Made by a program: the position numbers and the translations under genes | Shown: piece by piece, positions 1-10,900 of the stretch | How the letters are laid out: each line of letters opens with the position of its first letter | How positions within the stretch are numbered: the stretch's first letter is position 1 | Assembly: GCA_023213395.1 (NCBI GenBank) | Contig: CM041465.1 | Coordinates: 103,547,741-103,611,740 of the forward strand | Reading direction: 5' to 3' | Length of the DNA stretch: 64,000 bases | DNA from: Cycas panzhihuaensis | Taxonomy: Eukaryota; Plantae; Cycadophyta | The notes under the pieces: model-generated | Told to the model about the DNA's origin: nothing | The model's database searches: none | The model's input: the letters and a program-made list of their open reading frames with translations, nothing else

Positions 1-1026
1 AGATATTCTATTATATTTGTAAATTATCCTCAAAGGAACATTAAGACATTGTTGTGTTGTTCTTCCTCATCATCACTGGAATGGCAATCTTACATATACT
101 ATGGTAACTCCATTGTAGAGACCTTCATAGGCTTTTAGAGCTTCTTACTATCAATGGTGTAAGAGAAATAACATTGACCCACACTCTTATTAAATCATCT
201 ACAATGTATTGATAATATCCTTATCGTTTAGCTAATCGTAGGTAGATATTGTTCCTTTATGCCCTTTATGCCTTACAGAGTGCATTATAAAGTGTATAAA
301 TATTGTGTATATGCAAATATATTCTCAATAGTCTTCCTTAAAATTTGCATAAGTTTGTATTTTTAATAATATTTGTGCCCTACAAAGAATTCTCTATTTA
401 AATGCTTTATTTCAAGCATACTAAGTATGCTTCTAATAAAGTTTAAATATCATGCAAGCTTGGAAGAAGAAGCAAGGCCTATGTTTGCTAGGGTTCCTAT
501 GCAGGTCGATGGCGATAGCAATCTTGAGGACTAGATCAAGGCAAGTGGTACATGAAGGCTCTAGGCAGGCGAGGGAGGGTATTAGCACCTCCTAGATGAA
601 ATGATACAGGAAATGGAGGCCTCTTATACTTCTTAAGATGGCAGTAGGAACTTATAGACTTACACATCATAGAGGGTTATGACAATAGATGGATATGGCA
701 TCAAGTAGGCAAAGTTAAGAAGCATTGGGTTTTGGCATTCAAAACTATGGGCGAGATTCTATCCAAACAAGAGTTTTACTCATTATAGAATGGATTGAAG
801 ATGAAACCAAAAGGTTGTCAAAGGATAAAGACCAAAATAGGAGGATTTCCATGGTCTTGGTGGATGGGAGCCCCACTGTCTAAAGCTAATCTCACTTTAG
901 GGATTGAGGTGATGAGAGGAAGAAGACCTTTGACTGATAACGGGTGAGATTCTTCATATTATGTCTCTATACACTACTATTTTTTTTTTGTTCAAATGTG
1001 ATGACTTCAATAAATTATGACTTGTA

Positions 1027-2302
1027 ATGGAGAAAGAACTTAAAACTCAAAACCAATCCCTAAATTTGCCTCTAGGGAGATCATAATCAAAGGTGCTAAA
1101 ATTGAGTGAGGGAGAAGAATTTGATATAACACCTATCATTAAAAATAAAAAAATAAGAATACCAATACCTAAGAAGCTAGCTGAAAGAATGAAGAAGCAC
1201 TTGAAGAATTGTCTAGTTGGTAGATTCTCAAGCCCTAGGCCAAGACTAAATGTTATAAGGAGCTAGATCAAGAGTAGGTGGAGGTTCGATAATCCTGTGG
1301 ATGTTATGGCCCTCTTGAGGGGTTGTGTGTTGTTCAAGTTCACAACCCAGGAGGATATGGCCAATATTCTTTTGAGAGCCCCCTAAATTATAGGGAGAAA
1401 GGCCCTTCTCTTAGAAAAATAGCATCCTAACTTCAACACCTTGGTGCCATCGATGCAACAGGTCCTGATTTTGGTTTAGCTACTTAGATTTCCCCTTAAG
1501 TTTTGGAACATGGAAGTTATAAAGGGGGTGGTAAAAGTAATCTGCCTCCTCTTAGCAGTTGACTCTCCTACTAGAAATAAGAGCAGATTGATTAATGCTA
1601 GGTTTTGCACCCTAACTAGGACAAATAAGGATCTCCCTGATAAGGTGTGGATTGATATAGAGGATTGGAGTAAGGAGTGGCCCATGACCTATTAATTGGA
1701 AAACTTCATATGTTCAATGTATAGAAGGATGGATTATTGGGTACCAAAGTGCCCTCAGGAAAGGAAAGAGGAGGAGGTGAAAGATATCCTAGAAGACAGA
1801 TTATCTAAGAAGGAGGATCTCCAAGGGCAAGGGAGTCTAGAAGTCCTTCATATGGATTCCACGGATAAGATTGGTTTCAATCTTAAGGTATAGAACACCC
1901 TCGATGAGGAGATGGAGTAAATCCAGGAGAGTGAGAAGGTGGAAGGAAGGGGAGATTCCCCTTAGAAGGAGCAAGTAAGTCATGATGAGGAACCTAAGGG
2001 TTCACAGAAATAGGTAGTCAGAGGGGATTAGAAAGGGAGTCGATAATCAAGGGGAAAGCATCCCAAGAGGAGCAGAGAGACTCTAGGCAACCAAGAGGCC
2101 TGGATGTAGGATCAGAAAAAAGAGTGGGAAGACACCCATTTAGGATGCTGAGAGAGAGAGAAGTAGCCTCTCAAATTGATCAAGGCAGTTAGAAACCACT
2201 AAAAGAGGGCTTCTTAGAAGGACAAGATTAAGACCCAGAGAAGAATCCCATGAAGAGAAAAGAGAAGGAGGAGAGTATTGGAAACCTAGGAGAAAGAGAT
2301 GA
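1027..2302 (+). pseudogene. LINE #1 ORF1 (DUF4283-type plant L1 ORF1), many stops
   Basis: Colinear with ORF1 of LINE #2 (LVGRF, GCVLFKF, LLAVDSPT, INARFC). Ends ...KPRRKR-TGA, overlapping the ORF2 ATG. Confidence 0.8.
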
Positions 2303-2711
2303 AGTTAGTCTCATAGAATATTAGGGGGATGAATGCTCCCTCAAAATAGAGGGTGCTTAAGGATTTGAGGTTAAGAGTGCAACTAGATATATTATTCCTA
2401 CAAGAAACAAGGTTCAATAAGGAGAACAACATGCAGGGTAAAGATAAAATTTGGAGAAAAGTTGAGATGTTAGCAGTGGTTTGCAATCAAGGGGTAAGGG
2501 CCTTGCTAGTGTTGTGGAACCCGAAAGAATGGCTAGGGGAGATTTATAAGATGGGGGATCATTTTATCTTCATGTGGTTCACATGCAAAAGGTCCAACTC
2601 TAAATCGTTGGCCACAAATGGGAGGACCAGCCAGAAGGGAGGAGATTATTATGGGATAGGATCCTAGAGGATTATAAAGACTGCTTAGCACCTTAGCTGG
2701 TGGCTAGAGAT

Positions 2712-2928
2712 TGTTGAGATATAATGTTTTATCTAGGAGAGAAAGGGGGCCATGTTAGACCAACCCTTAAATGTACTCATAAGATCATGCCACTTGGCAG
2801 TATCCAAGTGATCGGTTACATTAGAAGTTGTAACCATCACATCATTGTTGTATACTTAAGAAGATTGAATCACAATAGAAAGATGTACTTTCTCTTCTCT
2901 GTTTAAGTTTTGCTCTGATTTTTCTACA
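2712..2928 (+). repeat. 5' LTR of copia #1
   Basis: Direct repeat of 7692-7908; TG..CA ends. Confidence 0.97.
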
Positions 2929-3586
2929 TGGTATCGGGCAGCCGCTTCAATCTGATTTTCCTTCTGGTGAATTTCTTCTATCAAGATAACTCAGTCAAGA
3001 GTGCAAGAAGGAGACAAGGCAGTAGGCTATTTTTGCAAGACAAAGGTCATTATTTTTTCTATTGTACGGAACCGTACAGATCTGTACGGACGTGTACGGG
3101 TGGAAAATTTTCAAAGTGCTCAGATCGAAGTAAAATTTGGTGGGGAGATAGATTAGAGGACGCTGAAGACATTTCTCTTCTAGAGCGAGTTCATCCGAGA
3201 CCGATTTCTAGGACAAAAAGCCCTCGAGCAAGTCCACGCGGGATTGAGGAGATTTTCTCAAAAAATTCATCGATCTGCTCTCAAATCTGGGTAATTTTTG
3301 TCCTAAATTCTTCTTAGTGACATTACACAAAGATCGCAGGCAGATTTAAAGAGATTTTTTCAGCTTTTTCATAGATTTTTCTTCAAAATCTGATTTCTGC
3401 CCTAGCCGTCGATTTTCACTCAGAGCTAGATTTCTCACTTCTGAGAAACGTTTTTGGAAATTGCCTTCGCCTGAACTACATCGAGAGTGCTTCGATTTGA
3501 GGTACTTTTGTATTTTGACCATACACCTAGGGTTCCGTACAGCCATACGGACAAACTTCCAAATCTATTCTTTAACCTGGAAAATA

Positions 3587-6500
3587 ATGTCTTCCTCTCT
3601 CATCTCTCTACCTGAACTAGAAAAATTAACTGGTTCAAATTATCATGTATGGAAAATCGAAATGGGAACAATTTTGAGGGTGAAAAATGCCTGGGAAATT
3701 GCTGAAGGGACAGAAAAACGTCCTTCTGTTGGTGATGATAAGCTAGGAAATTGGATTGAAAGAAATAATATGGCTAGTCTCACTTTAAAAATGTCCATTT
3801 CAGACTCTGTCCTTGTTTATGTTGAGAAATTGAATCAGGCTTCTGAAATCTGGAAATGCCTGGAAAATTTATACGGACAAAAGAATAAGACAAGAATCAT
3901 TGCACTCAAAGAAGAGTTGTACAAACTTCACATGAAAGAAAATGAAGAGGTAGAAGAATTTATGCATAAAATCATTACTGTGAGAAATAATCTCTTGAGT
4001 GCTGGTGGCCTAATTTATGAGCAAGATCTTGTGGAGATTGTAACAGCAAGGTTGCCAAAGTCATTTGATACAATTGTCAACACTATCACCGACAATGATA
4101 GGTTAGACAAATTAACTCTTGATGAATTGGCAGGTTTATTGCTAAGACAAGAACAAAGAAACAAAAGATACGAAAACACGATAGAATTGGAGGATGCATT
4201 TGCATCTAGACTGAATCTCGGACCAAGAGGAAGACAACAATTTCGAGGACCAAGTAGAACATCAGACTTCAGAGGACGAGGACGCTGGCAAAATTCCAAA
4301 GGACGAGGACGCGACAGAGAAAACATAATATGCTACAACTGTGGAAGAACTGGACATTTCGCCAGCAGCTGTAGAATCTTTGACATATCTTTGCTATCAG
4401 GACAAAGTGGACACTATCCATATCGCTGCCCACAAAGACGAAGTGAAATTCAGAAAGGAAAACGACCTATTGGAGGATACAGCAAAGAAAAGGATGAAGA
4501 AGAAGAAGAAGAAGAAGAGACAGCCTTCATCACAAAGACTGTTACCTAATGAAAGACAAAGACATATGGTACATAGATTCAGGAGCCTCCAAACATATGA
4601 CAAGTCGGGAAGAATGGTTCCAAACCATGAATCCATACAATATGGATAAGTCAGTAGAGCTGGGAGACAAGTATTCCCTTAATATAAAAGGGATTAGAAC
4701 CATTTCAGTAAACCTGGATGGAAATGATAAAAGAATTGGAAATGTTTTGTTTGTACCAGATTTAAAAATGAATCTCCTTTCTGTTTCTCAACTGAGCAAA
4801 AAGGGTTTGAGAACCATTTTTGATGAAGAAGGGAATTGCCACATTTTGGATATGAAAAAAGATGAAAAAATTATTGGAAAAGGAGTCAGATGTAATGATC
4901 TTTACAAACTCCTGTCAGATCCTGTACTTCTTTACCTGGAAGAAAAAGCTTGTATTGCTTCTAAATCCAATAATAAAGCATGGCATTTAAGGTATGGGCA
5001 TCTTTCAATTGATACACTTAAACAAATGAAAAAGTCGGGAATGGTAAATGGATTACCTAATATTTCATCAGATACATTTGTATGTAAAGGTTGTCAACTT
5101 GGGAAACAGCACAAACTTCCCTTTAAAGAAAGCACTTGGAAAGCTCAGTCTAAATTTAAAATGATACACACAGATATATGTGGTCCCATTACACCTCTGA
5201 TAATTAATAGATATAGATACTTCTTAACTTTCATTGATGACTTCACTCGGAAAGTTTGGGTATATTTCTTACATAATAAGTTAGAAGTTTTTGAAACATT
5301 TAAAGAATTTAAAGCAGAAGCAGAGTTAGAATCAGGAATGAAGGTCAAATGCATTAGATCAGATGGAGGAGGGGAATATATATCAAAGGAGTTTCTAAAT
5401 TATTGCAAAGACCGAGGGATTCGTAGACAAGTTACAACTCCTTATACCCCTCAGTCGAATGGAGTAGCTGAAAGAAAGAATAGAACTCTGATGGAAATGG
5501 CTCAAAGCAAGATGTATGGAACAAAAATATCTAGGACATATTGGGCAGAAGGAGTTAGCACAGCATGCTATCTAATAAACAGAAGTCCAACAAAAGCATT
5601 AAAGAACGTCACTCCAGAAGAAGCTTGGACAGGACAAAAACCCGATGTAAGTTTCCTCAAGGTGTTTGTGATCAAGCATTTGTGCATATTTCGATAAAAG
5701 AAGGTCCAAATTAGATGCAAAAGCATAGAATGTGTCTTAATAGGATACAAAGAAAATTCAAAGGCATATAAATGCATAGATCCAAAACAAATAAAATCTA
5801 TGTAAGTAGAGATGTCATTTTAACGAAGAAAACTCGATTGAATCTTCACAAATTAGAGTAATAGAAAATGAAAGAGAACAGAAGTGAAGCCGGACACAAA
5901 GAAATGCAAGAAGATGAGCGGAAAATAAGTCGGGTTACTTGGAAGATCAAGAAACCGAAGAAGGAAATGATTCAGAATACACTTCAGAAGAAGGACAAGT
6001 TGATCCATCGTCAATCAGTCAAGTATCAGGAGACACCATCGAAAAAGAAGATTCACAGAAACAGAAAAAGTTGCCAAAATGGTATATCAAAATAGTTGAA
6101 GAAGGAAATGTAATAGAACAGAAAACCCGAGGACAAAGGTCAAGAGCTCTTCTAAGCAAAGTTGAACCACAAAATTTTCAAGAAGCAAAAGATCATCAAG
6201 AATGGAGAGAAGCAATGGACAATGAAATAAATTCAATCAAGAAAAATCAAACATGGGAATTAGTAGAACTACCTGCTAATAAATCCATCAGAACTGCAAA
6301 TGGGTTTACAAAACAAAGAAAGGAGTAGATGGCAAAATTGAAAACATAAGGCAAGGTTAGTTGCAAAGGGATACACTCAAACAGCAGGCATAGATTTTGA
6401 TGAGACTTTTTCTCGAGTAGCAAAGATGAACACAGTAAGGACTGTAATAGCCTTGGTCACGCAAGGTTGGAAAATCTCTCAGCTGGATGTAAAGAGCACC

Positions 6501-7684
6501 TTCTTAAACGGTGAGCTAGAAGAAGAAGTCTATATGCAACAACGGAAGGATATCTTTGAGCAGGACAGGAGAATCTAGTCTACAAATTAAAAAAGGCTTT
6601 GTATGGCTTAAAACAAGTGCCATGTGCCTGGTATGCAAAATTAGATCAGTTTCTTGAAGAAAATAAGTTTATTCGGTGCAACTCGGACTCCAGTCTCTAC
6701 ATAAGAAAAACAAACAACAAGATAACAATAATTGTTGTCTATGTAGATGATATGCTTCTCACTGGGAATGATGTAGAAGGAATTAAGTGGATCAAAGGTC
6801 AACTTCAGCAGAAATTTGAAATGACAGACTTGGGTTCACTAAATTATTACTTGGGACTAGAGATAGGTCAACATCAAAACTACATAATCTTGTCCCAAAG
6901 TAACTACATCAAAAATCTACTTGTTCAATTTCAGATGGAGAATTGCAATCCATGCACAACACCCATGGAAACAAATTGTGACCTAACAGTAGATAATATG
7001 GAAAAGGATGCCGATGTTACTCTGTACAGATAAATGATTGGAAGTCTGATTTATTTGACAGCCACCAGGCCCGATATATCATACCCAGTAGGACTAATAT
7101 CCAGATATATGCAGAATCCAAAATTGAGACACTGGCAAGCCACAAAAAGAATTTTGAGATATCTCAAAGGAACAACAGATCTCAAGTTAGTATACTCAAA
7201 GGGGTATCTAGTCGAAATATCAGGGTACTGCAATTCTGACTGGGCTGGTGACAAAGAACAAAGGAAATCAACAAGTGGATATTATTTTTTCTTAGGAGCC
7301 TTAGCAATCTCATGGTGCAGTAAGAAACAAGCTACAGTAGCTCTCTCTGTAGCGTAATATAAAGCAGCCACATTAGCAACCTGTGAAGCTGTCTGGTTAA
7401 GACAACTTTTGCTTGACCTGAATCAACAGCAGAAAGGAGCAACTTCTCTGAAATGTGACAACCAAAGTGCCATCAAGCTGACCAAAAATCCAGTTATGCA
7501 TGCAAGAACAAAACATATTGAAGTTCATCATCATTTTATAAGAGAAAAAGTGTATAATAAAGAAATAGACTTGGAATATTGTCCCACATCTGAGCAAGTT
7601 ACAGATCTCCTGACAAAACCTCTTAGGAGAGAAAGGCTCAAATATTTAAGAGACAAGATAGGACTGTTAGAGATAAAACATTAA
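3587..7684 (+). pseudogene. copia #1 gag-pol polyprotein (frameshifted in this assembly)
   Basis: LTGSNYHVWK; CYNCGRTGHFASSC knuckle; WYIDSGASKHM protease; WHLRYGH/CKGC, HTDICGP, RSDGGGEY, PQSNGVAERKNR integrase; VYVDDML RT; SDWAGD and HARTKHIEV RNase H. Confidence 0.93.
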
Positions 7685-7691
7685 GAGGGGG

Positions 7692-7908
7692 TGTTGAGAT
7701 ATAATGTTTTATCTAGGAGAGAAAGGGGGCCATGTTAGACCCACCCTTAAACGTACTCATAAGATCATGCCACTTGGCAGTATCCAAGTGATCGGTTACA
7801 TTAGAAGTTGTAACCATCACATCATTGTTGTATACTTAAGAAGATTGAATCACAATAGAAAGATGTACTTTCTCTTCTATGTTTAAGTTTTTCTCTGATT
7901 TTTCTACA
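7692..7908 (+). repeat. 3' LTR of copia #1
   Basis: Direct repeat of 2712-2928; preceded by PPT, followed by TSD. Confidence 0.97.
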
Positions 7909-10900
7909 GAGATTTTAACATAACTCTCTCCCCTAGTGAGAAAAGAGGGGGCAGGGCAAGCAGTATGCATGATCTTGGTAGATTCATGCTGAGAGGAGGG
8001 TTAATGGATGTCCCTCTTATAAGTACAAAGTTTACCTAGTCAAATAGAAGAATTGGGAAGCAACACATTCAAGTGAGGTTAGATAGAATGTTGATTAACT
8101 GTGACTGGGCTAAAAGCTATAATGATATCATACTAAAGGTGCTTCAAAAATCCATGTCGAATCACTCACCACTCCTACTATATTTCTCCAGCATAGATAA
8201 GCATAAGAGTTCACCATTCAGATTCAAAATAATGTGGACTAAACACCCAAACTTTAGGGATATGGTAGAGGAGTGGTGGAAGGTGCTTATATAGGGATGT
8301 ACAATGTATAGGTTTGTTAAGAAACTAGATTGGGTTAAGAGGTAGGTGAAGAGGTGGAACAAAGAGGTACACAAAAATATCTTTGCTACTAAGGATCATA
8401 TTGTTAGGGACCTAGAAGCCACTAAAAGGAGGATTCAGGAGGAAGTTAGATCCTAGCACCTAGATAAAGTACAAAGAGACCTAGTTAAGAATCTAGAGGA
8501 GACCCTAATTAAGGAGAAGATTCATGAGAGGCAAAAATCCAGGGCATTGTGGTTGGCTGAAGGGGATAGAAACACCAAATTCTTCCACATGACAGTGGTA
8601 AAACACAGACCTAGTAATAAAATCAGTAGCCTTCTTAATAAAGATGGTTAGAAAGTTAACGGATAGGATTATCCGAAGGACACTGCTATGGATTATTTTA
8701 AGGAGCTACTTTAGGAGCCAGGGTGTCAAGATGAGGATACTAGAAAGGATTTTTTAAGGATAATTCCTAAATTAGTAAATGAAGGTCATAATGCCTCACT
8801 TGAAGCACCTTTTAACCAGGATGAAGTCAAAAGGGTAGTTTTTAGGATGAAAAGGGAGAAAGCACTAGGTCTAGATGACTTCACTCCTGGCTTTTTCCAA
8901 GAATTCTAGGACATAATTAAAGGAGATTTGATGGAGGCTGTGGATGAGTTCCATAGGAACTGAAAGATTTTGGATGAATGGAAAGCTACGTTTATAGTTT
9001 TAATACCAAAAAAAGAAGGGGATGAAAAGGATGGATGACTTCCATCCTATCAACTCTATAATGTAAAATATATGATTCTTTCTAAGATCCTAGTGAATAG
9101 ATTGAAGAAGATCCTTCTCAGGATCATCTCCATGAACCAGGATGGTTTCGTGAAGGGGAGATAAATCATAGATGGTATAATTGTTATTTATGAAATGCTT
9201 CATTGAACTTATCGTAGGAAGGAGCCCAGTATGATAATTAAAATCGATCTCTCAAAAGCATATAATAGAGTTTCATGGAGCTACTTATTGGATTACCTAG
9301 AAGATTTTAGGTTTAGAGAAATATGGAGGGAGTGGATGAACCTATGCATATCCAAGCCCTAATATTCTGTTATTATTAATGGTATCTCAATGGGGTTCTT
9401 CTTAGGCTTTAGAGGCCTAAGGCAGGAGACCCTTTGTCTCCCTACCTATTTATAATTATGGTTAAATTTCTAGGAAGGGCCATGGAGGAGGCTAGAAGAT
9501 TGGGGGTAATTAATGGGTTAAAGCCCATTACTGGTATTGGCAATGTGGGACACCACCAATTTGTTAGTGACAATATTTTCTTAGAAAAGGCAACCTTAAG
9601 GGAAGCCCGCAGATTCAAAGAAGGGCTAGAGAAGTTTTAACAGGCTCTAATCAAAAGATAAATCTTAACAAAAGCAATGTCTTCTTCATGAATACTTTGG
9701 AGCATACCCAGAGGAGGATCAGTAGAATTCTAAATATGCTTATTCGTAAGCTTCCTACCTCGTACTTGGGAATGCCTTTCATTATGGGGAAAATGATTAA
9801 GGAGTTATGGAACCTCGCCATAGATAGGATTTAGAGAAAGTTGGTTAGCTAAAATGAAGCTCTCCTAAGTTAGGCTAGGAAGGTCCAACTAGTTGCTACC
9901 TCTTTTTAGAGCATTCCTATCTATTTAATATCCATCTTTAGAATACCTAGCTAGGTTACAGTAGTATTAGATTCTATTCAGAAGAGATTTCTCTAGTTTG
10001 GGATAGAGGAAAAGAATAAAATTTATTAGGTGGGTTGGGAAAAGGTTTATCACCCAAAATGGGCCGAAGGCCTAAATCTCTAGAAATTGTCTCTCTTCAA
10101 TGATGCTTTGGTTGTGAAACTAGGTTGGTATTTAGCCAAAAGAGAAGGTAGCTTATGGGACAGGATATTGATCCAAAAGTTCCTTTATGGGTGACAATTC
10201 CTAAAGGTTAACCAGACCTCCTCCCTTGGATCTCTAATCTGGAGGAGCATTCTTAAATTTAGATGCATGTTAAAGGTAGGGGTACATTGGAGACTAGGAG
10301 ATGGTAATACCATCAACTTTTGAAAGGATGTTTGGTGTGAAAACACACAACTGAATAGTCATCCTAAATTAGCCCCATTGCAGCCCCTGTGTAAGAGGAG
10401 CTACGAGAAAACAAATAAAAGATTATTAGGTGGGGAGAGATAGGAACAAAAGATGGAGGAGTTTTGAGGACCTGCAGGGGGAGATAGCCTCCTAAGAAGG
10501 GATGGAGGCCTCAAAGGCAAAGATCGATCAATGTTATATACCTAAGAGGGAGGAAGCAAATGACATGTTATGGCCCGTGTCCTCCTTAAGTGAGTACTTA
10601 ATAAAGCAGGGTTATCAGTTCTTCTGCCTTCAGATAGGAGATTAAAGGAACCCAATTTTGGAAGGGGTGTGGAAACTTGGCCTAATCCCTAAGATTGTCA
10701 TTTTTTAGTGGACTTGTTTGAAAAACAAAATTCTCACAATGGATAACCTCAAGAAGAGGGGTTTTTTGATGCCAAACAAATGTATCCTCTATCGAGTTAA
10801 GGAGGAATTAATGGATCATATTTTTCTTCATTGTGCTTTCTTGAGGAAAGTGTGGAGACTAGTGTTAGATCTTTTTGAGGTACAATAGATTTACTCCAAG

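Larger units (their letters stand above)
2712..7908 (+). mobile_element. Ty1/copia LTR retrotransposon #1, full-length, young
   Basis: 217-bp TG...CA LTRs at 2712-2928 and 7692-7908, with 4 mismatches. TSD GAGAT at 2707-2711 and 7909-7913. PBS-like TGGTATCGGGC at 2929. Polypurine tract (PPT) AAGAGGGGG at 7683-7691. Domain order gag-PR-IN-RT-RH. Confidence 0.97.

Noticed and set aside
357-400. TSD for LINE #1 (TATTTTTAATAATATTT resembles the sequence after the poly(A))
   Set aside because: Low-complexity, imperfect, and not adjacent to a recognisable LINE 5' end.
414-432. Inverted repeat AAGCATACT-A-AGTATGCTT
   Set aside because: Isolated 9-bp stem in AT-rich DNA with no supporting context.
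2724-2906. Duplicated 60-aa ORF (also 7704-7886) as a gene pair
   Set aside because: Both lie inside the two LTRs of copia #1; the duplication is explained by the LTRs.
4540-4555. TAATG stop-start overlap between copia #1 gag and pol as programmed coupling
   Set aside because: Restoring one A in ACAAAGAC gives a continuous FITKDCYLMKDKDIWYIDSG. Copia gag-pol is normally one ORF, so this is more likely an indel or sequencing error.
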